Positions 9,183 through 18,799 of a stretch of 64,000 nucleotides of DNA are shown one piece after another. Below the pieces are notes generated by a model. It made no database searches. It saw only the letters and a program-made list of their open reading frames with translations, and was not told the DNA's origin. The position numbers and the translations under genes are program-made. The first letter of the stretch is position 1; every line of letters begins with the position of its first letter. Location of the stretch: contig JAWOCQ010000056.1 of NCBI GenBank assembly GCA_046483725.1, positions 9,298 to 73,297 of the forward strand, given 5' to 3'. This stretch comes from Candidatus Bipolaricaulota bacterium. Its GTDB lineage: Bacteria > Bipolaricaulota > Bipolaricaulia > Bipolaricaulales > Bipolaricaulaceae.

Positions 9183-10993
9183 GCCGCTGCCTCATTCATC
9201 GCCCGGTCCCCTTGCATGACAGCCACTGCCACAGCCCCGCGGCCGGCGTTTAGGGCCACAATCGGGGAGATCTCCGTGATGTACTCAGGCGGCTTTCCCA
9301 ACAGCCTCGTCAGTTGACGCTCGTACTCCCGCGCCTTGTCCAGTGCCTCGGCATGAACTATGCAGTACTTGTCGATAGGCGCTTTCTTGTGGAGTTCGGA
9401 CACGCTGGTCATGATCTTCTTTGTATTTGCCCGGCGGCTGAACGCCTTGCCGAAGGCAATCCCCTTCCCCTGCTCATCCAGGGAGACAATAGGCTTCAGG
9501 TTCAGCCACTTGCCGAGCCTTCCCTTGAGCGGGCTAACTCGGCCGCCGCGCACCATGTACTCGAAGGTGGCCACGCTGACAAAGATACGCGTGCGCGCGA
9601 TCCAATCCTCCACCAAGGACACCAGCTCCTCGTGGGTTGCCCCAGCCTCAAGAGCTTCAGCCGCCTTGAGGACCAATAGACCCTGTGCCGCGGAGTTCAA
9701 CCGGGTATCGATCACTCTGATATTATGCCCTTCGTTGTTCAGGCTCTCGGCCGTTTGACATAGGGTCTGGTAGGTTCCGCTGATCTGGCTGGATACCGCG
9801 AGCACCACAACGGAGTTGTAGTGACCGGATAGGAACTCGAGCCACTCCCGCGCTTGTCGGGCGGTGGGCTGCGAGGATGTGGGGTACTCTTTGACATCCT
9901 CCAGAAGGTCGAACAGCTGAGCCGGGGCCAAGGTCATCCGATCCAAGAAAGTGCTTCCATCCACAATTACCTGCAACGGAAGGAGATGTACCTGATAGCT
10001 ATCTAGGATCTGCTGGGGGATATCAGCGATGGAATCGGTGGCCAACGCAACGGGGAACCGACGGCGATGTAGCGCGTCCTGTTGCCGCTGCATGTCGTCC
10101 ACCTTTTGCTGGAGGAAGATGCCGTGGCGCCGCAGTCCCGTGAAAACCTGTGCTGGATGATCGGTATGCACGTGAAAGCGAATCCGCTCGGGGCTACCCG
10201 CAACGATGACCGAATCGCCTTCGTGCTCAAGGAACGACCGGATTCCATCCAGTGGGATACGTTCCCCTGTCAAATAACCCTCGGCGCAATAGCGCGCAGT
10301 AAGCTCCGTAGATATCCCCCCCTCAACCGGTGTGCTCTCCAAGCGCACTTGCTCCCTCTGCCCTAGGACCGTACGGAGACGGCCGCTCTGCATCAGCTTG
10401 GTGATTCCTTCCAGAAAGTGGACGAACCCCTGCGCCCCCGAATCTACCACAGATGCCTTCCGCAACACCTCCAGCTGCTCCGGAGTCTTGCGCAAGCTCT
10501 CCCTCGCCTGCTCCAGCGAGCAGGATAGCACCTCTGCAAAGTCCCTGCTTGTCTGGCAGAGATCATGGAACGCCTCTGCCCAAGCTCTGATCACAGTGAG
10601 CATGGTGCCTTCCACCGGTTGGGCCACGGCCTTGTAGGCATAAGGCACTGCACGTACCAGCCTGGAACCGAACGCGGGAGCGCTCACCGAGTGCTGTCCT
10701 TGAACCTCGGCCGCCAAGCCGTTTAGGAGCTGCGCCAGGATCATGCCGGAGTTGCCCCTAGCGCCGGCCAGCGACGCCTCGGCGATAGATTGGAATGTAC
10801 CATGCAGGGTTGGCTTGGGGCGGGCCTCGTCCAGAATGTAGTTCAGGCTAAGAGCCAGGTTGCTGCCGGTGTCACCGTCAGCCACGGGGAAGACGTTGGT
10901 CTTGTTCAGCTGATCTCGGTTACGGGAGACCTCGCGCCCGCCTGCTAGAAAAGCCAAGTACGCTCGTCGTCCGTCCACATAACGCACCTTCAC
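9170..10993 (-). CDS. DAK2-domain / DegV-domain fusion protein (fatty-acid-kinase-like)
   Basis: N-terminus has FPVADGDTGSNLALSL (DAK2/DhaL). The C-terminal half starts VALATDSIADIP and carries TSSQP, ISGTYQ and MVRGGRVSPLKG (DegV/FakB hallmarks). GTG at 10993 with GGAGGGG upstream is preferred over the GTG start at 11011 (shown as M in the ORF track). Confidence 0.85.
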   Translation of the reverse strand: MKVRYVDGRRAYLAFLAGGREVSRNRDQLNKTNVFPVADGDTGSNLALSLNYILDEARPKPTLHGTFQSIAEASLAGARGNSGMILAQLLNGLAAEVQGQHSVSAPAFGSRLVRAVPYAYKAVAQPVEGTMLTVIRAWAEAFHDLCQTSRDFAEVLSCSLEQARESLRKTPEQLEVLRKASVVDSGAQGFVHFLEGITKLMQSGRLRTVLGQREQVRLESTPVEGGISTELTARYCAEGYLTGERIPLDGIRSFLEHEGDSVIVAGSPERIRFHVHTDHPAQVFTGLRRHGIFLQQKVDDMQRQQDALHRRRFPVALATDSIADIPQQILDSYQVHLLPLQVIVDGSTFLDRMTLAPAQLFDLLEDVKEYPTSSQPTARQAREWLEFLSGHYNSVVVLAVSSQISGTYQTLCQTAESLNNEGHNIRVIDTRLNSAAQGLLVLKAAEALEAGATHEELVSLVEDWIARTRIFVSVATFEYMVRGGRVSPLKGRLGKWLNLKPIVSLDEQGKGIAFGKAFSRRANTKKIMTSVSELHKKAPIDKYCIVHAEALDKAREYERQLTRLLGKPPEYITEISPIVALNAGRGAVAVAVMQGDRAMNEAAACGR

Positions 10994-11140
10994 GGTGAGT
11001 CCCCTCCACACGCCATAGCAATCGCCTATTATGGACTATTGTTCCAAAGCCTCCCAACTGATCACGGGGGTACCTCTACCGGGTGGCGATGGCTGGTCCG
11101 TAAGACCAAAGTGAACACGGAAAGGGAGGGATGGTCGACT

Positions 11141-11530
11141 ATGGTGAGGTTACTGGACGCGCAGATCGTGTTCTTCCCCACGCCGGACTTGCAGGCAACC
11201 GCGGAGTTTTATCAGGGGAAGCTGGGGCTCGGCCTGGTGCTGGACCAGGGGGCCTGCAGGATCTTCCGGGCCGCCAAGGGTGCATTCTTGGGATTCTGCA
11301 AGAAGAACACGTCGCCTGCGACGACGCAGGCGATCATAACCCTGGTGACCGAAGATGTGGACGGCTGGGTGGCGGAGCTCCGGGGATGTGGCGTTCAGGT
11401 GGAGAAGGAACCGCAATCAAACCCTGACTTTCAGATCTACCACGCGTTTCTCCGCGACCCGAACGGCTACCTCGTGGAGATCCAGCGCTTCGATGACCCC
11501 CGCTGGCAGGCAAACACCCAGGACGACTGA
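11141..11530 (+). CDS. VOC / glyoxalase-bleomycin-resistance family protein
   Basis: ATG at 11141 follows GGGAGGG. Typical VOC beta-alpha-beta-beta-beta sequence ending FLRDPNGYLVEIQ. Confidence 0.8.
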   Translation: MVRLLDAQIVFFPTPDLQATAEFYQGKLGLGLVLDQGACRIFRAAKGAFLGFCKKNTSPATTQAIITLVTEDVDGWVAELRGCGVQVEKEPQSNPDFQIYHAFLRDPNGYLVEIQRFDDPRWQANTQDD

Positions 11531-11538
11531 AGCAGAGC

Positions 11539-13077
11539 TCACCGGTCGTACTCCACCTCCAGGACTTCGATCTCCAAGTTGCCGGCGAGCTTCAGAGTCG
11601 TAGCCATCTCCATGGGCCTGTCCCGGTCGGCGAGGGAGGAGACACTAGTCAGCACATACCCAGCATGAGCCCGCCGTTCGGGCAGGGTCGCGTCTAGGTC
11701 AACCCACCTCCCGTCGAGCAACGCTTGTGTCCACATGTGCCAACTGAAGACATGGCGTTCCCCAGCGTAGTCTGTGACGTAGACGAGTCCTTCGGCCACC
11801 CGCGCAGCGATTCCGTGACCGCGCAGCAGTGCGGCAAGCAAGATAGCATGCTCAGTACAGTCCCCTTGACGGGTACGCGCAGTCTCCGACGCAGTGGCGA
11901 ATGCGACATCTAGCTCCTTGTCCACGATGTACTCATATACAAAGGCGTGCAGCCCCTCAGCCAGCTCCTGTTGACAGAGAGGTTCCTCAGGCTTCGTGGC
12001 TTCAACCAGCTCCGCCACCGCCTCGTCGTTGATGTCAATCATTGGGGAAGCCTCTCTGTAGGCATGATCCGCCACTTCTTCCTCGGTTGCCGGGAGAGGT
12101 CTGGCCGGCTCGAAGACTGTGGTGACGGAACCCTCTCCCCTCTCCACTATCCTTTGGCCTCCCGCCTCCGGGAGCTCCGGCAAATCACCCTGACGCACCC
12201 GCAGGCGAAGGGTAACCCGCTCTGTGTCCATGACGTCAGGAACAGGACGGTCGGGGATGACAATCATGGCTGCCATTAGCTCCGGAGGGCTTCCGCGCAC
12301 CGCCTCCAGCGCGGCCTCTCTGTTGGTAAGCGACGCCTCCATGTAACCATAGCCCACCTGCGCGCCCTGGTAGACCTTGTGCCCGGCAGGGCAGCGGTAC
12401 TCAGTGGCCACGATGGGCAGGCCTTCCACCTGGTAGCGCCACTGGCTAACCAAGGTTTCCTGCCCGTTCACGGTGAAGGTGGTCTCCCCCTCCCGCCGCA
12501 TCGTTATCTTGACCGGCAGCAATCCCAGCTCCGCTTTGATCGCGCGGTACCTTATCTCGCTCTGCCCGGCCTGAATCTGCTGTTGAGTATGGCGTCGCCC
12601 TTCCGCCGGCATCAACCAGTCGCCTTGGGGATGATTCCGTGTAGTTGTCCGCGTCCGGCCGAACTGTGTTAGCTTCTCGCTGACCTGCGGACCGGTGAAG
12701 TCCCACTCGTACTCGACCGCTTCCGTTCCTTCCACCTCTCGCAGGGACACACGCACGGGAGTCCCATCATGGCGCTCGACATAGGTACTGCGACTGGTGG
12801 ACTCCACCACGGTGCCTGCACGCGCTATCCGCAGCACCGTGAGCTCTTTCGTACGGTAGTGCTCGTCAGTCCTCCAGACGACAATGCGCATCCACCCCAT
12901 GGGCTCGCCGTCCATTGTGTAGGTGAACCACTGCTCGTGAACGAGTTCTCCTGGCTTGTCCTCGGTCGCCGCAGCGCTGGTTTGCCCACCGGCCAGCGAC
13001 AGCAGTGGAATGGGTATCACAAGAAGCAACGACAGGGTCCCTACGATCCATCTACATCGACCGCTACGCATCTCCAC
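11539..13077 (-). CDS. Secreted transglutaminase-like (Cys-His-Asp core) protein
   Basis: N-terminal signal-like segment. C-terminal QGDCTEHAILLAALLRGHGIAARVAEGLVY ... HMW ... DAT core. Confidence 0.8.
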   Translation of the reverse strand: MEMRSGRCRWIVGTLSLLLVIPIPLLSLAGGQTSAAATEDKPGELVHEQWFTYTMDGEPMGWMRIVVWRTDEHYRTKELTVLRIARAGTVVESTSRSTYVERHDGTPVRVSLREVEGTEAVEYEWDFTGPQVSEKLTQFGRTRTTTRNHPQGDWLMPAEGRRHTQQQIQAGQSEIRYRAIKAELGLLPVKITMRREGETTFTVNGQETLVSQWRYQVEGLPIVATEYRCPAGHKVYQGAQVGYGYMEASLTNREAALEAVRGSPPELMAAMIVIPDRPVPDVMDTERVTLRLRVRQGDLPELPEAGGQRIVERGEGSVTTVFEPARPLPATEEEVADHAYREASPMIDINDEAVAELVEATKPEEPLCQQELAEGLHAFVYEYIVDKELDVAFATASETARTRQGDCTEHAILLAALLRGHGIAARVAEGLVYVTDYAGERHVFSWHMWTQALLDGRWVDLDATLPERRAHAGYVLTSVSSLADRDRPMEMATTLKLAGNLEIEVLEVEYDR

Positions 13078-13137
13078 CCCCTTCTCTCCGTCTTCTATCC
13101 CCTCTCCCTGCCCTCACCTTCCCCGCTTGTGGCGCTT

Positions 13138-13581
13138 CTACCCCTGTCGCCTACGCCGCCGCTCCCGAACCCATGCTTCTAACCTGCGGCCATCGGGAAT
13201 TGCATACACCAGCCCGACCCCCGCAAGCATTCCAAAGACCTCCCATCGAACCATTCTCGAGATTCGCCTTGCCGCGTCGGCCCACGACGGCTCGGTAATC
13301 AGGAAATACGACACAACTACTGCCGAGATGATGGCCATCCCGCTCAGAGCACGGGCCGCAAGTCTCGTCGTTCGGCCGGCCCTTGCAGCCTTCACCACCA
13401 GCCACCGTCCTCCCAGGCATGCGAGAACTGGCACCAGGTAGGCCCATCCGATGGCCAAGGCCGGGTAACGCCACCACTCAAGACCTGGTCGCCCGAGGAC
13501 TTGCTCCAGGACCAAGAGGGGGGCCACAAGAAGCGGCCCCAGCAAGGCCACAGTCAGTATGCGCCTGACGTCTTTACTCAT
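13138..13581 (-). CDS. Hypothetical membrane protein (4 TM)
   Basis: Hydrophobic segments only; Arg-rich C-terminus. Confidence 0.4.
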   Translation of the reverse strand: MSKDVRRILTVALLGPLLVAPLLVLEQVLGRPGLEWWRYPALAIGWAYLVPVLACLGGRWLVVKAARAGRTTRLAARALSGMAIISAVVVSYFLITEPSWADAARRISRMVRWEVFGMLAGVGLVYAIPDGRRLEAWVRERRRRRQG

Positions 13582-13760
13582 CCTGCTCCTTAGCTTTCGC
13601 TTTCTGAATCAACAGACACCGATAACCCCTAGGAGCCCCCCTGAAGGTTGCCCCGTAGTAACTATGCAGTGAATAGTAACTGCACAGCGAAGACCAGCTC
13701 TCTGCGGGGGGCCACGAGCCCGGTCTTTCGCCTGACACATCGAGCACCGCACGTCGGTTG

Positions 13761-14084
13761 CTAGAAGCATGACGCAATCATGGCCACCACTCCGATTTGT
13801 GCAGCCGTCAGAGCGTCAGCGTCTGTGAAGAAATAGGCTGACGCACCCGCGATTCCTCCCACGATAACCCGCCTTCCCAGCTCTGCTATCACCCACCAGA
13901 ACTCGCCCTCGGCTTCGAGAAGCTCCTCGTCAAGCAGTTCTTCTCCCACCGGGACCACTGGGGCAGTCGCTTGGGCTGAGTCAGCCTCAGCTGCTGCAGC
14001 CGTGGCCCCTTGGATCATCCCTGGTGCGAACAGCACCATCAATGCCGCCACTGAAACCGCCAACATCGCCCTGCAGGCTAGCAT
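13761..14084 (-). CDS. Hypothetical small exported/membrane protein
   Basis: ATG at 14084 is 6 nt after GAGGTG. Signal-like MLACRAMLAVSVAALMVLFAPG, an acidic middle and a hydrophobic C-terminus. Confidence 0.35.
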   Translation of the reverse strand: MLACRAMLAVSVAALMVLFAPGMIQGATAAAAEADSAQATAPVVPVGEELLDEELLEAEGEFWWVIAELGRRVIVGGIAGASAYFFTDADALTAAQIGVVAMIASCF

Positions 14085-14518
14085 GTACATCACCTCGCTG
14101 CTTGGTGTAGGCTGGCCAACCTCACTTAACTTTATCATGAGCGGTAAGCACGCGTCTATCAACTATATGACGTGTAAACTGTCGGTTCCACGACAATGGC
14201 TGTGGAATGGAGAGCCAAAGAGCTTGATCGTACAACGAGCGAGGTCTGTGGAGCGAGCTAGACGACGAGCTTTTGGAATCAATCCCAGAGAGGAAAAGCA
14301 TCCCAGCGTACAACCGTAAGCGCATCCTAGGATTTCCCAGGATGGAGGCGCGGGGCTATGATGTACGTGATGAGCTCACGTGAGAGAGCAGGGCGCTGGT
14401 CCTCCCGTCCAGAATTGCCTTCCGTAAGTGTTGTGCCCATAGGTGCCCAACGGTCAGGCGGATGCTTTGGGCGAATTGCTACCCTGGCCCACAAGTCCGT
14501 ATTCTGGCGGAGATCAGC

Positions 14519-15436
14519 ATGAAAGCGCTACTCATCCTAAACGCGGGCGCCCGGAAGTCTCGCAAAGAGGCTATCCACAGGGCGGTAGGACAGCATCTTC
14601 ACGCGGCAGGCATCGAATCCGAACTCCACGAGACGCGCACAGGAGAGCATCCGGGCGACGTGGTCCGAGAGCGGTTGGTTGACGGTGTCGACCTAGTGCT
14701 GGCTGCAGGGGGAGATGGGACCGTCGCCGCGGTACTAGACGGTCTGGCGGGTACGGAGATTCCCTTGGGAATCATCCCGGCGGGGACGGCGAACTTCGTC
14801 GCCCGGGAACTGGGCATCCCCCAGTCTATAGATGCAGCTGTCGCGCTAATCGCCGCGAATCCTCACCCAGTCAAGATCGATGCCATGCGCATCCGAGGTC
14901 GCCTCTATGTGTTGAATGTCGGTGTGGGGCTCAGCGCTGCAGTGATCGGCAACATGACCCCAACCAGCAAGCGGCGGTTTGGGTTCGTCGCCTACGTAGG
15001 CAGCACAATCGCCAAGATGCTCACGCAAAGGCCCCGTCGGCTGACAGTCGAGGTGGACGGCCAGACACACACCTACTGCGCCGTAGAAGTGCTGGTCAGC
15101 AACTGTGGTCTCCTGACTAAGAGACTATACCCAGGCACGCCCGACATTAGGGTGGACGACGGGCACCTCGATGTGTGGGTGCTGAGCACGCAAGCTCTCC
15201 TGGACTACCCTCGCTATCTCCTGTCGACCGTCCTCGGTCGGCGGTCCAAGCTGGAGGCCGAGTTCCTCCGCGCAGAGCGGATGATCACTATTCACAGTCC
15301 TGTCCCGCTTTCCGTGCAAGCCGACGGCGATCTCATCGGCACCACTCCGGTCCGGATCGAGGTGCTCCCGAAAGCGTTAACAGTGCTGGCGCCGGCAAAC
15401 GCCACCCGTGGCTCGCACGAGCAACCCTCACGTTGA
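14519..15436 (+). CDS. Diacylglycerol-kinase-catalytic-domain lipid kinase (YegS/BmrU-like)
   Basis: MKALLILNAGAR start, LVLAAGGDGTV nucleotide-binding motif and LGIIPAGTANFVAREL. Confidence 0.85.
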   Translation: MKALLILNAGARKSRKEAIHRAVGQHLHAAGIESELHETRTGEHPGDVVRERLVDGVDLVLAAGGDGTVAAVLDGLAGTEIPLGIIPAGTANFVARELGIPQSIDAAVALIAANPHPVKIDAMRIRGRLYVLNVGVGLSAAVIGNMTPTSKRRFGFVAYVGSTIAKMLTQRPRRLTVEVDGQTHTYCAVEVLVSNCGLLTKRLYPGTPDIRVDDGHLDVWVLSTQALLDYPRYLLSTVLGRRSKLEAEFLRAERMITIHSPVPLSVQADGDLIGTTPVRIEVLPKALTVLAPANATRGSHEQPSR

Positions 15437-15519
15437 GGCACTGAAAATGAGCTTCGACACGTTGCCTCAGGACCACTGAAAATAGTCGGACTTCCAGTTT
15501 TATAATGCAGGATAGGCTC

Positions 15520-16545
15520 TCAATAACCGGCGACCAGATCTACTCGGTGTGGGACAGGCTCCCCGCGCGCGATCGCGTTCAAGGTTTCCGCGAGCTCGTG
15601 CATGCGTTTCCTCTCCACTTCTTCCGTGCGAAACGCGCCCCCGCGGTGGGGGCTCATCACCACGTTGTCCAGCTTGTGAAAAGGAAACTGCGAGGGAAAG
15701 GTGCTCCCTCGCTCGTCGACACTCCTAGGGTAACGGTACCAGACGTCAATCCCCGCTGCCGCGATCCGGCGTTCCAACAGAGCATGGTACAGCGCTTCCT
15801 CGCCGACGATCCTCCCGCGGGCGACGTTCACAACAACGGCCGAGGATGGAAGTGCTTCTAGCTCCCGCTTCCCAATCAGCCCCTCCGTCTCTGGGGTGAG
15901 GGGCAGGCAGATCACGACGGCGTCCGCCTGCGCTAGGACAGCCCCGACCGCGCCCAATCCGTGCACGCCGATGTAAGGTGGGTGGACCTGCTCCGGATTC
16001 TTCCGTACAGCGAGGACCTTCATCCCCAGGCTATGACAGACAGCGGCCACGCGGCTCCCGATCGCGCCGAGTCCGAGGATCAACACGGTCTTCCCATCCA
16101 TTATCTTCATCGACTCGCCCTCGTAGCGAATCGTCCAATCTCCTTGTCGCAACGCGACATCGGCGGCTACGACCTTCTTGGCCGCGGCCAGAAGGAGGGA
16201 AACGGCCAGTTCAGCGGCCACCGCTGCGTTATGATGAAGGTTGCAAACCGTAAGCTCGGGGAATTCGGAAAGCACTAGCTCACGAGTCGAGGCCGGGACA
16301 CCGGCATAGGGGATCACCAACACCCGCAGTTGAGGACACAATGCCAATTGCTCGCGCGTAGGCCGACCGCAGACTAGTAGTTCGGTCTCCCTGGGAAGCG
16401 CCTCGCCTCCGAAGCTAAGCTCGATCTTAGGCTCCAGTGCGGCTCGGAGTTCCTCAATCGCATAGCTCGGCGGCGGGCTATGAATGTGTACGCGTAGCTG
16501 CCTTCCTCGTTGCCGGTTCATGCGGTGAGTGTATTCAACCGGCAA
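15520..16545 (-). CDS. D-isomer-specific 2-hydroxyacid dehydrogenase family protein
   Basis: NAD-binding ILGLGAIGSRVA; catalytic-region ARG...E...SPH pattern (VNVARGRIV, MSPHRGG). Confidence 0.85.
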   Translation of the reverse strand: MPVEYTHRMNRQRGRQLRVHIHSPPPSYAIEELRAALEPKIELSFGGEALPRETELLVCGRPTREQLALCPQLRVLVIPYAGVPASTRELVLSEFPELTVCNLHHNAAVAAELAVSLLLAAAKKVVAADVALRQGDWTIRYEGESMKIMDGKTVLILGLGAIGSRVAAVCHSLGMKVLAVRKNPEQVHPPYIGVHGLGAVGAVLAQADAVVICLPLTPETEGLIGKRELEALPSSAVVVNVARGRIVGEEALYHALLERRIAAAGIDVWYRYPRSVDERGSTFPSQFPFHKLDNVVMSPHRGGAFRTEEVERKRMHELAETLNAIARGEPVPHRVDLVAGY

Positions 16546-16785
16546 GGACGTGCCACGCTTCGCCGCGCCTGTGCACGCCGCTACCTATGGACTGCTACAA
16601 TAGATTAGCGCGCATGGCCCTCCAGTAGCGCCAGCTTCAAATCCTATGGATCGTGCAAAGCCGACTGACAAGGCTCTTCTGCCGCTGGCTGCCCCTCCCT
16701 TCTCACAGCTTCCGCGTCGGCTCTGAAGTTGTGCCGCCCCTCGACCAAGACCCGACCGGCCATAATAGGGCTGTTCCAAAACCAC

Positions 16786-18149
16786 CTACGGGCTCGTGAC
16801 GACTAACGCCCTGATCGCGGCCTCGGACGAGCCCACAATGCGTATACCAGCCCCCAGATTGTCCACAACGCTCGAGTCGACAAGGGCAGCCTGAGCTGAG
16901 CCGACCATGTACAGGCCATAATCTGTATTTCCCTTCACGGTCGAGTCAGTGAGAGTGGCCCGCGACTCGTCATGTAGATAGACGCCGTATTGTCCATTGT
17001 GCGCAATGATCGAATCGGCCATCCTGACCTCGGCCGAACCCGCCACATCGACCCATCTGCTTCATTCTCTTGTACGACTTTGTCGGCCAGCGTGGCGTTG
17101 GCGGAGTCCCTCACAGAAACGCCGTATGTGTTCTCCAGGATGGCTGTCTGGCTGATGGTGACCCGGGCGGAGTCCTTCACCGCAATGCCGTACCGCCCGT
17201 TGCCTGTGACGTTCGACCCCTCCCTGAGCAGCTGGGCCTGGCCCTCCACGCGAACGCCGTCTTCCTCCTCGGTCAGTGGCCATCCGGGGCGGGCCTCGGC
17301 GACTGTGATCCCGTCAAGCACAACCTCAATCTCCTGGTCACTGGCAACGCGAATCACGGGCTCGCCGACTTCTTCGCCCTTGATGACCGTCTCCTCGCTT
17401 CCTGCTCCTCGCAGGGTGAGGTCCTTGTCGATCACCAAGTTTGCCTCCAAGGTGCCGGCCCCCAGGCAGATCACCGCGCCCTCGTCAGTCGCATCGATTG
17501 CATCCTGGATGGACTCGTCCGGCTGCACTGTGATCGAGCACGTTTGTGCCCTTGTGTCTGAACAGACGGCAGCCGAGAGGAGGATCGGATGGATGATGGA
17601 GTCCGGAGCAGCCGAACCACCCGGTTCGGTACCAACGAACAGAAGGTACCTACCGTCCAGCAGTGGCTCCGACTGGTATACAATCCACATGCGCCCTTCG
17701 AGGCCCCTAACGTCGTACAGTTCCTCGACGCGATACACGATCCATTCTCCCGGGCTGCCAGCGACCATGGCCTCATATCGCTCGATCAATTCAACAACAA
17801 CGTCACCGCCAGGATCACCGGACACTTCCATGAGGAGCGGCTCGTCTACCGTCAGAACGAGAAGGGCCACAGCATCGGATGGCACATCATCTTCAAGGCT
17901 CGCGCTGGACCAGAAGCCCAGGACCGTCGCACCTTCTTCGTTCAGCCCTTCCTCCATCTCAGCGGTGAAGTCATGCCAGTGGCTAGGTACCCTGAGGCAC
18001 ACGCCTTCAGCACGTACGTCTTGCCAGCCTGGGGAGGAATGCCCAGCCCACCCTGCGCCCCCGCAGATCCCCATGACCAGCACCAAGACAAGGAGCCAGC
18101 CCATGCGCGTAGGCTTCTGTCCCATCGACAGTCCCTCCTTCCCTGCCAC
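16786..18149 (-). pseudogene. Secreted right-handed beta-helix (PbH1) repeat protein, interrupted by a 1-nt frameshift near 17050-17056
   Basis: ORF 16935..18149 carries a signal-like N-terminus and beta-helix repeats (NGRYGIAVKDSARVTISQTAILENTYGVSVRDSANATL). The repeats continue seamlessly in ORF 16786..17046 (SIIAHNGQYGVYLHDESRATLTDSTVKGNTDYGLYMVGSAQAAL) after a frame change at a GGG run. Confidence 0.6.
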
Positions 18150-18684
18150 CCTACCACATCAGCGATCCCAGGGGCCCACCGTTGCCCCCGTGACCCTCCC
18201 AACCCCCACACCATCGCCCCCGAGGTTGAAAGTGTGAGATCTTTTCTAGTCTACAGAACCACCACGTTAAGCCCCCTGTCGCACCTCTATCCTGATTGGC
18301 GTTTCAGTGAAGAAGTTTATCTGCCTACGTTCGATTAGCTTTCGCGCTTGCCATACCTTGATGGGAATGCGCATACCGCGTACGCAAGCTCAGCCCCCAT
18401 GACTTTGAGTTCGAACGTGATGCGGTTGAACTCCCGCATAGCGCACCTACTCCATCGGGTCCATCGGGCCGAACCTCAGCCAGCTTCTCAGATAACTATA
18501 GCAGGGAGTCTGCTCGCTCAATGGGTGGGGCATCGACTCCCTGGGTCTGCTGCCTTACCTCGTCGCTCGTTCTGCCGACGGGCAGTCCTGAACTCACAGA
18601 AGTCTAGCCAAGCTAACCCCACGAGAGGCAGCTACCACACAACTAAGAAACTGAAAATACAAACACCATCTGCGTTTCCCGCGG

Positions 18685-18759
18685 TGGCTCCCCGGGGAGG
18701 ATTCGAACCTCCAGCCTACTGGTTAACAGCCAGCCGCTCTGCCGTTGAGCTACCGGGGA
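18685..18759 (-). tRNA. tRNA-Asn (anticodon GTT), CCA encoded
   Basis: Minus strand reads TCCCCGG-TA-GCTC...GAGC-G-GCTGG-CTGTTAA-CCAGT-...-GGAGG-TTCGAAT-CCTCC-CCGGGGA-G-CCA. The cloverleaf can be drawn by hand. Confidence 0.9.
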
Positions 18760-18769
18760 TCTCTAGGTA

Positions 18770-18799
18770 ATCATACGTCGGTTGGGAGGGCTTGGTCAA
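18770..18799 (-). promoter_or_regulatory. Candidate promoter for tRNA-Asn
   Basis: Minus strand reads TTGACC (18794-18799), 18-nt spacer, TATGAT (18770-18775), about 10 nt upstream of the tRNA 5' end. It overlaps the CDF gene stop. Confidence 0.4.

Noticed and set aside
18348-18770. 140-aa plus-strand ORF.
   Set aside because: It runs through the tRNA-Asn gene on the opposite strand and shows no coding features. The lower-GC region 18240-18680 was also inspected for a structured RNA (SRP, RNase P or 6S-like). Only generic hairpins were seen (for example CAGGGAGTC...GACTCCCTG at ~18503-18543), which is not enough for a call.
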